NCBI GenBank assembly: GCA_028282585.1
Contig: JANQHR010000049.1
Span: forward strand, 20,626-84,625
DNA: 64,000 nt
Direction: 5' to 3'
Origin: Bacteroidales bacterium
Lineage (GTDB): Bacteria > Bacteroidota > Bacteroidia > Bacteroidales > UBA12077
Below are positions 49,683 to 59,441 of this stretch, piece after piece. Position 1 is the stretch's first letter, and every line of letters begins with the position of its first letter. The translations under genes were made by a program, and so were the position numbers. Below the pieces are notes generated by a model, which was not told the origin of the DNA, did not search any database, and worked only from the letters and a program-made list of their open reading frames with translations.

Positions 49683-50645
49683 ATGTTAGTTATAAGCGAA
49701 CAAGATATAATAAATGCTGTTGAGCCAATTGAATACATTAGTGCTATCGAAAAAGCATATGTAATTCAGGATAAAGCAACTACAAATATCCCTAACAGGA
49801 TGCACATTGATAATGATGAAAATACTTTATTGGTAATGCCAGGATTTATCGAAAGCGTATTCGGAACAAAGCTGGTTTCATTGTTTCCTAAAAATCTTGA
49901 AAAAGAAGAACCTGTTTTAAAAGGTGTAATGGTATTAAATGATGCTGGCACAGGCAAACCGTTAGCAATAATTAATGGAAATAAACTAACAGCTATGAGA
50001 ACAGGAGCTGTTGGTGCAACAGCTGTTAAATACCTTGCCCCTTTTGATTCAAAAACCTTAGGAATTATTGGAGCTGGAGTACAAGCATACCACCAAGCAC
50101 TGTTGATAAGCACTGTCAGGCCTTTTCAAAAGATAATAATCTGCGACAAAAACCTTAGCAAAGCAGAAGTTTTAAAAAGCGGTTTACAAGAAAGATTAGG
50201 GAATATTGGAATTACAGCTACCAATGATTCTAACCAAACTATATTAGGTTCGGATGTTATTGTAACTGCTACCTCATCATATAAACCGGTATTTAATACC
50301 AACATTGAGAATCTTGAGAAAAAATACTTTTTTGCTATTGGTTCATATAAACCCGATATGCAAGAAGTTCCTTTACCGGTTTATGAAAAACTTGATAAGG
50401 TATATGTTGATACATTGCATGCCAAAGAAGAATGTGGCGATATAAAAATTCCGCTTGAAAAAGGTATGATAAAAGATGAAGATGTAATTCCTTTTAGTTC
50501 AGTTTTGACAAGTGGAGAGTTACTTGAACAATCATCTTTATGTTTGTTTAAATCTGTGGGTATGTCCTTGTTTGACTTAACCGTTGCAGAGTTAATTTAT
50601 AATAGTGCTAAAGAAAAAGGCTTGGGGCAAGAAGTAAAAATTTAA
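49683..50645 (+). CDS. Ornithine cyclodeaminase/mu-crystallin family imine reductase (candidate pyrroline-2-carboxylate reductase)
   Basis: MPG, KLVS.FP, LTAMRTGA, GAGVQA, AIGSY.P, FKSVG; lies next to the 3-Hyp dehydratase. Confidence 0.85.
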   Translation: MLVISEQDIINAVEPIEYISAIEKAYVIQDKATTNIPNRMHIDNDENTLLVMPGFIESVFGTKLVSLFPKNLEKEEPVLKGVMVLNDAGTGKPLAIINGNKLTAMRTGAVGATAVKYLAPFDSKTLGIIGAGVQAYHQALLISTVRPFQKIIICDKNLSKAEVLKSGLQERLGNIGITATNDSNQTILGSDVIVTATSSYKPVFNTNIENLEKKYFFAIGSYKPDMQEVPLPVYEKLDKVYVDTLHAKEECGDIKIPLEKGMIKDEDVIPFSSVLTSGELLEQSSLCLFKSVGMSLFDLTVAELIYNSAKEKGLGQEVKI

Positions 50646-50671
50646 ACACACCTTAACTTGATGAATGTAAA

Positions 50672-50727
50672 TGTCATGCTGAGCCTGTCGAAGTATGGCA
50701 TCACTCTTCGACAAGCTCAGAGTGACA
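50672..50727. repeat. REP-like paired inverted repeat
   Basis: TGTCATGCTGAGCCTGTCGAAG ... CTTCGACAAGCTCAGAGTGACA, an imperfect 22-bp IR of a type common between Bacteroidota genes. Confidence 0.75.
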
Positions 50728-50739
50728 ATATTTATAAAT

Positions 50740-51783
50740 GTGAACAAAATACTTAAAAACTGGAAATGGAGCCCTCCAGAAAGCTGGTTGAAAATCAAAA
50801 CCATTGACCTGCATACTGGAGGCGAACCTTTGCGAGTATACACGAATGGATTGCCTCATATTCAAGGCAAAACAATTCTGGAAAAAAGAAGGTATTTTCG
50901 GGATAATTTTGATTTTATCAGAACAGGCACAATGTTCGAGCCCCGGGGGCACGCAGATATGTATGGAGCAATTATTACTGAACCTACCACGAAAGATGCA
51001 GATTTTGGGGCTTTCTTTTTACACAATGAAGGTTACAGCACTATGTGTGGCCACGCTATAATTGCTTTAACAAAATTGGTTTTAGATACTGGCATGATAA
51101 CAAAGAATGGCGAGGAACCTGAATTAGTAATTAATGCACCTCCCGGTAAAATATTTGCTAAAGCTTTTCGCAAAAACGGACTTGTTGCGAGAATTAGTTT
51201 TAAAAACGTACCTTCATTTTTGTATTTAAAAGATAAAACCATTGATGTGCCTGAAATAGGTAGAGTAAAGTTCGATGTTGCTTTTGGAGGTGCTTTTTAC
51301 GCTTTTTGCGATGCTGATGAGTTGGGGTTGAAAATAGATGAATCAGATTATAACCGCTTAATCGATTATGGGAAAAAAATAAAATATGCTGTAATGGAAA
51401 ATTACGAAATCAAGCACCCTTTCGAAGAAGACTTAAGCTTTTTATACGGAACCATTTTCACAGGAAAGGCATATAACTTAAACCACCACAGCCGAAATGC
51501 GTGTATCTTTGCTGAAGGCGAAGTTGACCGTTCCCCTACAGGCTCAGGAGTTAGTGCCAGGGCAGCATTGCATTACGCAAAAGGAGAGTTAAACACAAAT
51601 GAAAAAATCACCATAGAAAGTATCTTAGGCACAACAATGGATGTTGAAATAATAGATCAAACAAATTTTGGGCCTCACCAGGCTATAATACCGGAAGTTA
51701 CGGGAAATGCCTTTATTACAGGGCAGAATGAATTTTATTTTGACCCTAACGACCCTTTAAAAAAAGGTTTTATCTTTAGGTGA
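50740..51783 (+). CDS. Proline racemase family protein, Cys/Thr type (trans-3-hydroxy-L-proline dehydratase)
   Basis: HTGGEP, EPRGHADMYG, STMCGH (Cys), DRSPTGSG (Thr in place of the second Cys). Likely GTG start at 50740, downstream of the repeat. Confidence 0.82.
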   Translation: MNKILKNWKWSPPESWLKIKTIDLHTGGEPLRVYTNGLPHIQGKTILEKRRYFRDNFDFIRTGTMFEPRGHADMYGAIITEPTTKDADFGAFFLHNEGYSTMCGHAIIALTKLVLDTGMITKNGEEPELVINAPPGKIFAKAFRKNGLVARISFKNVPSFLYLKDKTIDVPEIGRVKFDVAFGGAFYAFCDADELGLKIDESDYNRLIDYGKKIKYAVMENYEIKHPFEEDLSFLYGTIFTGKAYNLNHHSRNACIFAEGEVDRSPTGSGVSARAALHYAKGELNTNEKITIESILGTTMDVEIIDQTNFGPHQAIIPEVTGNAFITGQNEFYFDPNDPLKKGFIFR

Positions 51784-51938
51784 TTTCTAATTTTTTACAA
51801 TTAAGGATACGTTTCATACGTTAATTAAAACCTGATGGCTACAAACAGAAAAGATAGAAAAATAAATAACTCGTTTATCTAAATCCTGTGCATCAAGTTA
51901 AATGAAAAAGGTTAAACATATAAAAAAACAACAAAACC

Positions 51939-53579
51939 ATGTTAAGTAAAGTATTATCAATTTTATTAATCCTGGCTTTGGGATTTCAATTAAATTCAAA
52001 AGCTTGTACCGTTATTGCTGTTGGTAAAAAAGCATCTGCAGATGGCTCAAATATAATTTCACATACCGACACTGGCCCGGATTCCAGGATATTTGTAGTT
52101 CCTGCCCAAACTTTTAAACCGGGCTCTAAAGCTCCTGTTTATTGGGGGATTCAAGACGCGAGCCTCCCTTTAAAAGATGATGGCGAGATATTGGGGTATA
52201 TCCCACAAGTTGAAAAAACATTTAAATATTTTCATTCTGCCTATTCTCAGGTAAACGAACATCAATTGGGAATTGCAGAAAGCACAACAGCTCAAAGAAA
52301 AGAATTAATCTGTATGAAAGGCGAAGGCAAACAGATTATGTCCATTGAACAAGCGCAAATATTTGCCTTGCAACGTTATAAAACAGCCCGTGAAGCCGTT
52401 CAGTTTATTGGAGATTTAATGACAAAGTATGGGTTTATACCTTCTAGTGGAGATGGGTCTGAATGTTTAGTTATCGCAGATACCGAAGAAATATGGGTTT
52501 TTGAAGTATTTGGAGTTGGGCATGGATGGGAACCTGAAAGTGGAAAGCCTGGTGCAATATGGGCTGCACAGCGTTTACCAGAGGATGAAACAACCATGGT
52601 ACCCAACTGGAGCATTATAAAAGAAATTAATGCTGAGGATAAGGAAAATTTCATGGTTTCTGAGAATTATATGCAAGAAGCAATTGAGCGCGGTTGGTAC
52701 GACCCAAATTCAGGAGAACCATTCATCTGGCAAGAAATTTATGCACCACCGAGTACAGTAGAATATGCTACAAGCCGTTTTTGGTTATTCCACCAAACTT
52801 TTGCCCCAAATTTGAAAGAATGGCCTAATAGGTTCCCTGAAGGCAATCCATATAAAGGCATTCAGCCTTACTTTCAATATGTTGAACCCCTGTCAATTTA
52901 TCCATTCTCGGTTAAGCCTGAGAAAAAGATGTCTGTTCAGGATGTGATCGCTTTTCAACGTTCAACTTATGAAGGGACAATTTATGACATGACATATGAC
53001 CCAAACTGGTTGGTTCCAAACGGAGAAGGTGGTTATGAAAAAAGCCCTTTAGCCACACCATTTCCAGGCAGCGATTTGAGAAAATTATTAAAAATAACTT
53101 ACCGGCGCCCGGTTGCACGCCACAGAGGGCATTATGGAATGGTGCTTCAGTTGCGTGATTGGTTACCAAATGAAATTGGCGGAGTTTACTGGGTATATTT
53201 GGATAATCCTTATTTTAGCCCTTATGTTCCAATTTATACGGGTAATTTATCAACCCACGAATCGTATCAAATTTATGACCCAAATAAATATAGTGAAAAA
53301 TCAGCAAGGTGGGCAATTGACTTTGTTGATAATTTAGCCAACCTTAAATTTCAGGAGATTGCAAAAGATGTAAAAGAAGTACGGGCCCCTTTTGAAGCTA
53401 AAATGTTCGAAAACCAAAAAGCTATAGAGGATGAAGCTTTAAAACTTTACAAAAAAGCTCCCGAAAAGGCCCAAGAATATTTAACAAATTACTCTAATGG
53501 GCTAATGAACGATGTTACAGAAATGTTTCTGGAGTTAAGAAATCAGATTATCACTGATTATACAAATAATCACGAGTAG
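51939..53579 (+). CDS. Exported C69 family dipeptidase
   Basis: Signal peptide ending in A-CT (N-terminal nucleophile Cys), VGKKASADGS, NEHQLGIAEST, EIWVFE, WAAQR. Confidence 0.88.
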   Translation: MLSKVLSILLILALGFQLNSKACTVIAVGKKASADGSNIISHTDTGPDSRIFVVPAQTFKPGSKAPVYWGIQDASLPLKDDGEILGYIPQVEKTFKYFHSAYSQVNEHQLGIAESTTAQRKELICMKGEGKQIMSIEQAQIFALQRYKTAREAVQFIGDLMTKYGFIPSSGDGSECLVIADTEEIWVFEVFGVGHGWEPESGKPGAIWAAQRLPEDETTMVPNWSIIKEINAEDKENFMVSENYMQEAIERGWYDPNSGEPFIWQEIYAPPSTVEYATSRFWLFHQTFAPNLKEWPNRFPEGNPYKGIQPYFQYVEPLSIYPFSVKPEKKMSVQDVIAFQRSTYEGTIYDMTYDPNWLVPNGEGGYEKSPLATPFPGSDLRKLLKITYRRPVARHRGHYGMVLQLRDWLPNEIGGVYWVYLDNPYFSPYVPIYTGNLSTHESYQIYDPNKYSEKSARWAIDFVDNLANLKFQEIAKDVKEVRAPFEAKMFENQKAIEDEALKLYKKAPEKAQEYLTNYSNGLMNDVTEMFLELRNQIITDYTNNHE

Positions 53580-53677
53580 AAATAAGATAATAATTATTCC
53601 GGGATCCTGCTTTCAGTAAGCATGGTATCTCGGATTTTTATTTTTTCTTATTCGTAAGAATATGAGATAAGACTAAT

Positions 53678-54796
53678 TTATAGCAGAATATTATTAACAT
53701 ATTCTCCTATCGCTAAGGAAGACGTCAAACCTGGCGATTCGATTCCAATTAAGTTTACGAATCCGGGAAACCCTTTTTTTAATTCTTCCTGAACATAAAA
53801 ATCTTGAATGGCCTCGCCCTGTTTTTGGATTTTTGGCCGTATGCCTGCCATTTCCGGAACTAAATCATTCAATTCTAAAAACGGCAAAAACTTCTTAGCT
53901 GATTCATAAAAAGCTTTTTGCTGTAATTTATTCACCGAATAATCATAAATATTATCAGGCATCCATTCTACATCTGGGCCCAGCTTTACTCCTCCTCCCA
54001 TATCAATGGTAACATGTATTCCAATTCCCTCCATATTGGGGTTTGGAACAGGATATACCAACCTATTTAACAATTTATTTTTTGGAGGGTTTACCCTAAA
54101 ATAATTTCCTTTGCAAAATGAAAGTTTTAGTGATTCGTTATCCATTCCAACCATGCCAGAAACTTTATCTGATTCCAGGCCGGCGGCATTTACTACCTTT
54201 TTTGTTTTAAAAGAAAAGTCTTTTCCGTCAGAATCTTTTAATAAAATTTCATACCCATTTTCAATTTTATTAACTTCTATTAATTCAGCTCCATATGAGA
54301 ATTGAACACCTTGATTTATAGCATTTGTTTCCAATTGTTTCATAAAGAAATGCGAGTCTATAACCCCCGTTGATGGTGAAAAAAGCGCTCCATAACAATC
54401 AATATTTGGCTCTAATTCCTTTATCTCACCTTCATTTAAAAGGCGTAAATCTTTAACTCCATTATGAAAAGCTTTCTTTTTTAATTCTTCAAGCAACATT
54501 ACCTCTTCGGTTGATGTTGCTACAATTAATTTTCCACAATTATTATAAGGAACTTCATACTCTTTACAGAAGTTATATAACAAATACTTACCCTCAACAC
54601 AAAGTTTTGCCTTTAAACTATTTTTGGGATAGTAAATTCCTGCATGGATTACTTCACTGTTACGGCTACTCGTTTCCTGCCCAAAAGATTTATTTCTTTC
54701 AATAACAAATACATCGGTATAATCTTCCGAAAGTTTTGCCGCAATGGCTAAACCAACTACTCCGGCACCTATAATTGCAATATTTGAATCAAACAT
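53678..54796 (-). CDS. FAD-dependent oxidoreductase, L-2-hydroxyglutarate oxidase (LhgO) family
   Basis: GAGVVG, ETSSRNSEVIHAGIYY, LVYPVP, GIHVT, AGIRPK, GIESPGLTSS. Confidence 0.88.
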   Translation of the reverse strand: MFDSNIAIIGAGVVGLAIAAKLSEDYTDVFVIERNKSFGQETSSRNSEVIHAGIYYPKNSLKAKLCVEGKYLLYNFCKEYEVPYNNCGKLIVATSTEEVMLLEELKKKAFHNGVKDLRLLNEGEIKELEPNIDCYGALFSPSTGVIDSHFFMKQLETNAINQGVQFSYGAELIEVNKIENGYEILLKDSDGKDFSFKTKKVVNAAGLESDKVSGMVGMDNESLKLSFCKGNYFRVNPPKNKLLNRLVYPVPNPNMEGIGIHVTIDMGGGVKLGPDVEWMPDNIYDYSVNKLQQKAFYESAKKFLPFLELNDLVPEMAGIRPKIQKQGEAIQDFYVQEELKKGFPGFVNLIGIESPGLTSSLAIGEYVNNILL

Positions 54797-54908
54797 AGTA
54801 TCTTAAATCTCATGTAAACATACTAAGAATTTTACTTTACTTGAAGCAAAAAAGGTGCGCAAACATGTAATTTGTACACCTTACATTTTAAAATAAATAA
54901 ATTATTTA

Positions 54909-55409
54909 TTATGCTATTTGCTCTTTATACTTAACCTGCATCTTTTTAACTCCTTTATAAAATTCGGGGAATCTTTTCCATAAATCCTTTTCGCATGAGT
55001 TTAATTCGCCACACTGAATACAAGAATCAAAGCCCTTCTCAATTGCACACGCTCGAACAGTACAATTTGAAACTACCATCCCTTGTGGCTTTTCTTGGTT
55101 TTTACAACGCCAACAAATGGCAATTTTGGTATCAAACTCTATACCATACCGTTCTTTTAATTTCCATACATCAAATGCTTCCTTTTTCTTAGTGTCATCG
55201 CCTTCAACAGTTGCTATATAAAACTTGCAATCTTCAGGGCATGTATAGCCACAGTAATTTAATTTCTCAGGGTCAATCTTTTCATCAACAAACATTTTAG
55301 AAAATGAGCCTGCAGCAACGAATTTAGAACTCATTAACATTGCACAACAAGCCATACCAGCTTGCGTACTCTTTTTGAAGAAATTTCTTCTATTCATCTT
55401 ATTTTTCAT
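54909..55409 (-). CDS. Cys-rich DUF3795-like protein with twin-arginine signal
   Basis: NRRNFFKK Tat motif, then YCG..C...C, C..C, C.VR.C...KG...C..C....C. Confidence 0.7.
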   Translation of the reverse strand: MKNKMNRRNFFKKSTQAGMACCAMLMSSKFVAAGSFSKMFVDEKIDPEKLNYCGYTCPEDCKFYIATVEGDDTKKKEAFDVWKLKERYGIEFDTKIAICWRCKNQEKPQGMVVSNCTVRACAIEKGFDSCIQCGELNSCEKDLWKRFPEFYKGVKKMQVKYKEQIA

Positions 55410-55658
55410 TCGTTTCAGGTTTGGTTAATTAATTGTATTCTAGATTTTAAGATTACAAACTATGTTAACACCCTTTCATACTTTCTGTATTATTAGTAAT
55501 AACAAATTATTTTAAATTCATTTTAAATAAGCAATAGTTTTCGACAACTAAACAAGTACAAGCCTAATAATCATCAGATTTACAATATTTTAAAGCATCA
55601 CCCATTTATCAACTATTTTAGTGCAGCTCAAAGCCTTATGTAACTTGAATAATTTTAT

Positions 55659-55666
55659 TATGTTTG
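55659..55666 (+). promoter_or_regulatory. Bacteroidota -7 promoter element upstream of aprB
   Basis: TATGTTTG ending 27 nt before the aprB ATG. Confidence 0.6.
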
Positions 55667-55692
55667 TGAACTAACCTTAAAAGTCCTAAAAT

Positions 55693-56127
55693 ATGCCAAG
55701 CTTTGTAATAAACGAAAAGTGCGATGGATGTAAAGCTCAAGATAAAACAGCTTGCCAATACATATGTCCAAATGATTTAATGATTTTAGACAAAGAAAAA
55801 AATAAAGCATACAACCGTGCCGTTGATATGTGCTGGGAATGTTATAGTTGTGTTAAAATCTGCCCAACACAAGCAATTGAAGTTCGCGGATATGCTGATT
55901 TTATGCCACTTGGTGCTGTAGTTCAACCTCTACGAAGTACCGATTCAATTATGTGGTCGGTTAAATTTCGTAATAAGAAAATTAAAAGGTTTAAATTTCC
56001 AATTCGTACTACTCCGGAAGGTAGTGCAGAACCAGATGCCGGAATGCAAACGGGTTCTGATGACTTAAAAAGCCCTTTACTAAGGACTGAACCAGAATCA
56101 CTAGGAACTGACTTGTACAAAAAATAG
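55693..56127 (+). CDS. aprB: Adenylylsulfate (APS) reductase beta subunit
   Basis: MPSFV...CDGCK..DKTACQYICPNDLM, CWECYSCVKICP, VRGYADF, KRFKFPIRTTPEGS. Confidence 0.95.
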   Translation: MPSFVINEKCDGCKAQDKTACQYICPNDLMILDKEKNKAYNRAVDMCWECYSCVKICPTQAIEVRGYADFMPLGAVVQPLRSTDSIMWSVKFRNKKIKRFKFPIRTTPEGSAEPDAGMQTGSDDLKSPLLRTEPESLGTDLYKK

Positions 56128-56180
56128 ATTTTTGGATACAAGTATCAAGACGCAAGATTTTAACAAGTACTGAAAATCTT

Positions 56181-56220
56181 AAACTTGAAACTTGAAACTT
56201 GAAACATTGAACTTGAAACT
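56181..56220 (+). repeat. Heptamer tandem repeat (TTGAAAC)n
   Basis: AAACTTGAAACTTGAAACTTGAAACATTGAACTTGAAACT. Related short arrays occur near 45700-45745, 58126-58170, 61561-61582 and 61703-61723. Confidence 0.75.
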
Positions 56221-56228
56221 ATAGAATC

Positions 56229-58118
56229 ATGATAACGAAAGATTTCGAAACAGTAATTATAGAAACTGATTTATTAATACTTGGTGGCGGTATGGCTGCT
56301 TGCGGTGCAGCTTATGAAGCCTCATACTGGGCAAAAAAACATAACAAAAAAGTAACTGTTGTTGATAAAGCATCAATAGAACGCAGTGGTGCTGTAGCTA
56401 TGGGGCTATCAGCAATCAACCTTTATATGGGTTTAAAAGATGGTAAAAATACCGTTGAAGATTATATAAATTACGTTAAAAATGACCTGATGGGCATTGC
56501 CCGCGACGATTTAGTTGCAAACATTGCCCGCCATGTAGATGGTTCCGTTCATTTATTCGAAAAGTGGGGACTGCCAATTTGGAAAGATGAAGAAGGAAAT
56601 TATGTGAACGAAGGCCGTTGGCAAATTATGATTCATGGTGAATCGTATAAAAATATTGTTTCAGAAGCTGCTAAAAATGCCTTAAAAGATCTAGGTGATA
56701 ATGGTGAATACATTGAACGTGTTTTTATTACGGAACCCATTATGGATGGAAACCGTTGTGTGGGAGCAGCAGGGTTTAGTGTCCGTGAAAACAAATTCTA
56801 TATTTTTAAAGCAAAAGCTGTAATGGACGTGATGGGTGGCGCTGTTCATATTTTCCGCCCAAAATCCGTAGGTGAAGGTTTAGGAAGGTCTTGGTACCCT
56901 CCTTTTAACTCTGGCGCTAGCACATACTTTACTCTTAAAGCCGGAGCTGAAATGACCTGCCAGGAAGTTCGTTTTGTCCCGGTTCGCTTTAAAGATTCTT
57001 ATGGGCCTGTTGGCGCCTGGTTCTTACTTTTTAAATCGAAAGCAACCAATGCCAAAGGCGAAGATTATATGGAGACACGTAAAGCAGAACTTGAAAACTG
57101 GGCTCCTTACGGAACTTCAAAACCTGTTCCTGCGAACCTTAGAAACTATTTAATGCTTCAGGAATTAGAAGAAGGAAATGGGCCAATTTATATGAGGACG
57201 GAAGAAGCAATTAAAGAATTAATGGCAGATATTCAGGATGAAAAACAAGCAAAACGCAAAATGAAAGAGCTTGAATCGGAAGCATGGGAAGATTTTTTGG
57301 ATATGACTGTTAGCCAGGCATTAAACTGGGCTGCTCACAATATTTCACCGGAAGAAACCCCTTCGGAGATTTCTGCTTGCGAACCTTACTTCATTAGCTC
57401 ACATTCAGGTGCTTCGGGTGCATGGATTAGTGGCCCTAAAGATTTATCGCCATCCGAAGAGTATCACTGGGGTTATGATAATATGACAACAGCCAAAGGA
57501 TTATTTGCTGCCGGTGATGCATCTGGTGCTTCATCACACAAATTCTCTTCCGGTTCGTTTACCGAAGGTAGAATTGCTGCAAAAGCTGCAATTTCATTCA
57601 TAGTTGATAACCCGGAGGATGTGAATATTTCAGAAGAAAAAATGAGTGAATTAAAAGAAAAGATATTACAACCACTTTCAACTTTTAATGAGCATAAAGA
57701 TTTTGCGAACGATGAAGATGTAAACCCAAATTTTATCAAGCCTAAAATGTTTATGTTCCGTTTACAAAAAATTATGGATGAATATGCAGGTGGTGCTTCT
57801 GTAAATTTCAAAACTTCAAAAGCATTGTTGGAAAAAGGCCTTGAATTCTTACAATTTATGAAAGAAGATGCTGAAAAACTTGCAGCTTCTGATACGAATG
57901 AACTTATGCGTTGTTGGGAAAATGTTCACCGTATGTGGCAAGCAGAATCTCATATCAGAACGATGTTGTTCCGCGAAGAAACTCGTTGGCCAGGATATTA
58001 TTTCAGAACGGACCACCCTACAATGAAAGAAGATTGGAAAGCATTTGCAAATTGTAAATGGAACCCTGAAACTGAAGAGTGGGAAATGATAAAGAGAGAT
58101 ATTAAAGAATTGACTTAA
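56229..58118 (+). CDS. aprA: Adenylylsulfate (APS) reductase alpha subunit
   Basis: GGGMAACG, ERSGAVAMGLSAIN, WQIMIHGESYK, RFKDSYGPVGAWFL, EAWEDFLDMT, HKFSSGSFTEGR, REETRWPGYY. Confidence 0.96.
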   Translation: MITKDFETVIIETDLLILGGGMAACGAAYEASYWAKKHNKKVTVVDKASIERSGAVAMGLSAINLYMGLKDGKNTVEDYINYVKNDLMGIARDDLVANIARHVDGSVHLFEKWGLPIWKDEEGNYVNEGRWQIMIHGESYKNIVSEAAKNALKDLGDNGEYIERVFITEPIMDGNRCVGAAGFSVRENKFYIFKAKAVMDVMGGAVHIFRPKSVGEGLGRSWYPPFNSGASTYFTLKAGAEMTCQEVRFVPVRFKDSYGPVGAWFLLFKSKATNAKGEDYMETRKAELENWAPYGTSKPVPANLRNYLMLQELEEGNGPIYMRTEEAIKELMADIQDEKQAKRKMKELESEAWEDFLDMTVSQALNWAAHNISPEETPSEISACEPYFISSHSGASGAWISGPKDLSPSEEYHWGYDNMTTAKGLFAAGDASGASSHKFSSGSFTEGRIAAKAAISFIVDNPEDVNISEEKMSELKEKILQPLSTFNEHKDFANDEDVNPNFIKPKMFMFRLQKIMDEYAGGASVNFKTSKALLEKGLEFLQFMKEDAEKLAASDTNELMRCWENVHRMWQAESHIRTMLFREETRWPGYYFRTDHPTMKEDWKAFANCKWNPETEEWEMIKRDIKELT

Positions 58119-58177
58119 TGATTAATTTCAGGTTTCAAATTCTTAATCTGAAACTTGAAATTTGAAATTCTTATTCA

Positions 58178-59404
58178 ATGAATAAAACTCAAAAACCAGT
58201 TTTAATTATCGGTGGAGGAATTAGCGGAGTTACAACAGCTGTTGAAATTGCGGAGGTTGGAAAGGAAGTTATTCTTATTGAAAAAATGCCCTACTTTGGT
58301 GGCAATGTAGTAAAATTCAATAATTATTTTCCTAAGCTTTGCCCGCCGACATGCGGGCTAGAAATTAACTTTAGGAGAATCAAACAAAATCCAAGAATCA
58401 AATATTACACTTCTACAGAAGTGCAGGAAATTTCAGGAGAAAAAGGAAATTTTAATGTTAAAATTAAGACCTCTCCTCAATACATTAAAAACAACTGCAC
58501 TGCTTGTGGTAAATGTGCAGAAATATGCCCTGAAGAACGCCCTGATGAATTTAATTATGGGTTTACTAATACTAGAGCAGCTTATATTCCTCATGAAATA
58601 GCATTTCCTTTTAAGTATCATATCGATAATGAATATTGTAAAAAGGAATCATGCAATAAATGTGTAGATGCCTGTAAATACAATGCAATTGATTTATCTG
58701 CTAAAGAGAAAATTACAGAACTTGAGGTTAGCTCAATTGTAACAGCTACGGGTTGGGAAAGCTATGATGCTTCAAAAATTGAGAATTTAAATTATTCTGA
58801 TTCGAAGAATATAATTACAAACGTTGAGTTTGAACGATTTATCGCTTCAAATGGAGTTAATGAGAATAAACTTCTCCGGTTATCGGATAATACAGAGCCT
58901 AAAAAAGTTGCATTTGTTCAATGTGCGGGTTCGCGGGATGAAAATCATTTGCCTTATTGTTCAGCGGTTTGTTGCTCGGCTTCATTAAAGCATGCTTTAA
59001 CCATTCAGGAATTGTATCCAAAAACTGAAGTGAAGGTATTCTATATTGACATGCGCGTTTCAGGACGAAATGAAGATTTTTTAACCGAAGTACAGGAAAA
59101 TAAAAATATTGAATTGGTTAAAGGAAAGGTTGGAAAAATCATTGAAGCTGAAAATGGTAATTTGATTCTCGAAGCTGAAGATATTCTTTCCGGAAAGAAA
59201 ATTAAATATGAAGCTGAAATAGTTGTTTTGGCAACCGGTATTGTATCTTCTAAAACAAATTTAAACCTAAATAGAGATCAAAATCAATTTATTACTGATA
59301 AGCAAATCGAAGGAATTATTCCTGTTGCATGTAGCAGAAAACCAATGGATGTTTCATCATCGGTAAAGGATGCAACTTCAGCTGCAGTAAAGGCTATTCA
59401 ATAA
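58178..59404 (+). CDS. qmoA: QmoA (HdrA-like flavoprotein)
   Basis: GGGISG, YFPKLCPPTCGLEIN, ferredoxin motifs, FVQCAGSRD...YCS.VCC.ASLK; follows aprA. Confidence 0.92.
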   Translation: MNKTQKPVLIIGGGISGVTTAVEIAEVGKEVILIEKMPYFGGNVVKFNNYFPKLCPPTCGLEINFRRIKQNPRIKYYTSTEVQEISGEKGNFNVKIKTSPQYIKNNCTACGKCAEICPEERPDEFNYGFTNTRAAYIPHEIAFPFKYHIDNEYCKKESCNKCVDACKYNAIDLSAKEKITELEVSSIVTATGWESYDASKIENLNYSDSKNIITNVEFERFIASNGVNENKLLRLSDNTEPKKVAFVQCAGSRDENHLPYCSAVCCSASLKHALTIQELYPKTEVKVFYIDMRVSGRNEDFLTEVQENKNIELVKGKVGKIIEAENGNLILEAEDILSGKKIKYEAEIVVLATGIVSSKTNLNLNRDQNQFITDKQIEGIIPVACSRKPMDVSSSVKDATSAAVKAIQ

Positions 59405-59441
59405 CCTGCCTGTCAGTAGACGGGCTTAAAAGCTAAGAAAA

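Noticed and set aside
50740-51783. Proline racemase / 4-Hyp epimerase call
   Set aside because: Those need a Cys/Cys pair. The second site here is DRSPTG (Thr).
53678-54796. FAD oxidoreductase as a D-hydroxyproline dehydrogenase of the Hyp locus
   Set aside because: Its motifs are LhgO-type and it is transcribed convergently, outside the locus.
56181-56220. CRISPR array
   Set aside because: 7-bp tandem units without spacers; no cas genes in the window.
56229-58118. Succinate dehydrogenase/fumarate reductase flavoprotein or assimilatory APS reductase
   Set aside because: AprA-specific motifs, a typical AprB and the full qmoABC set point to the dissimilatory-type enzyme.
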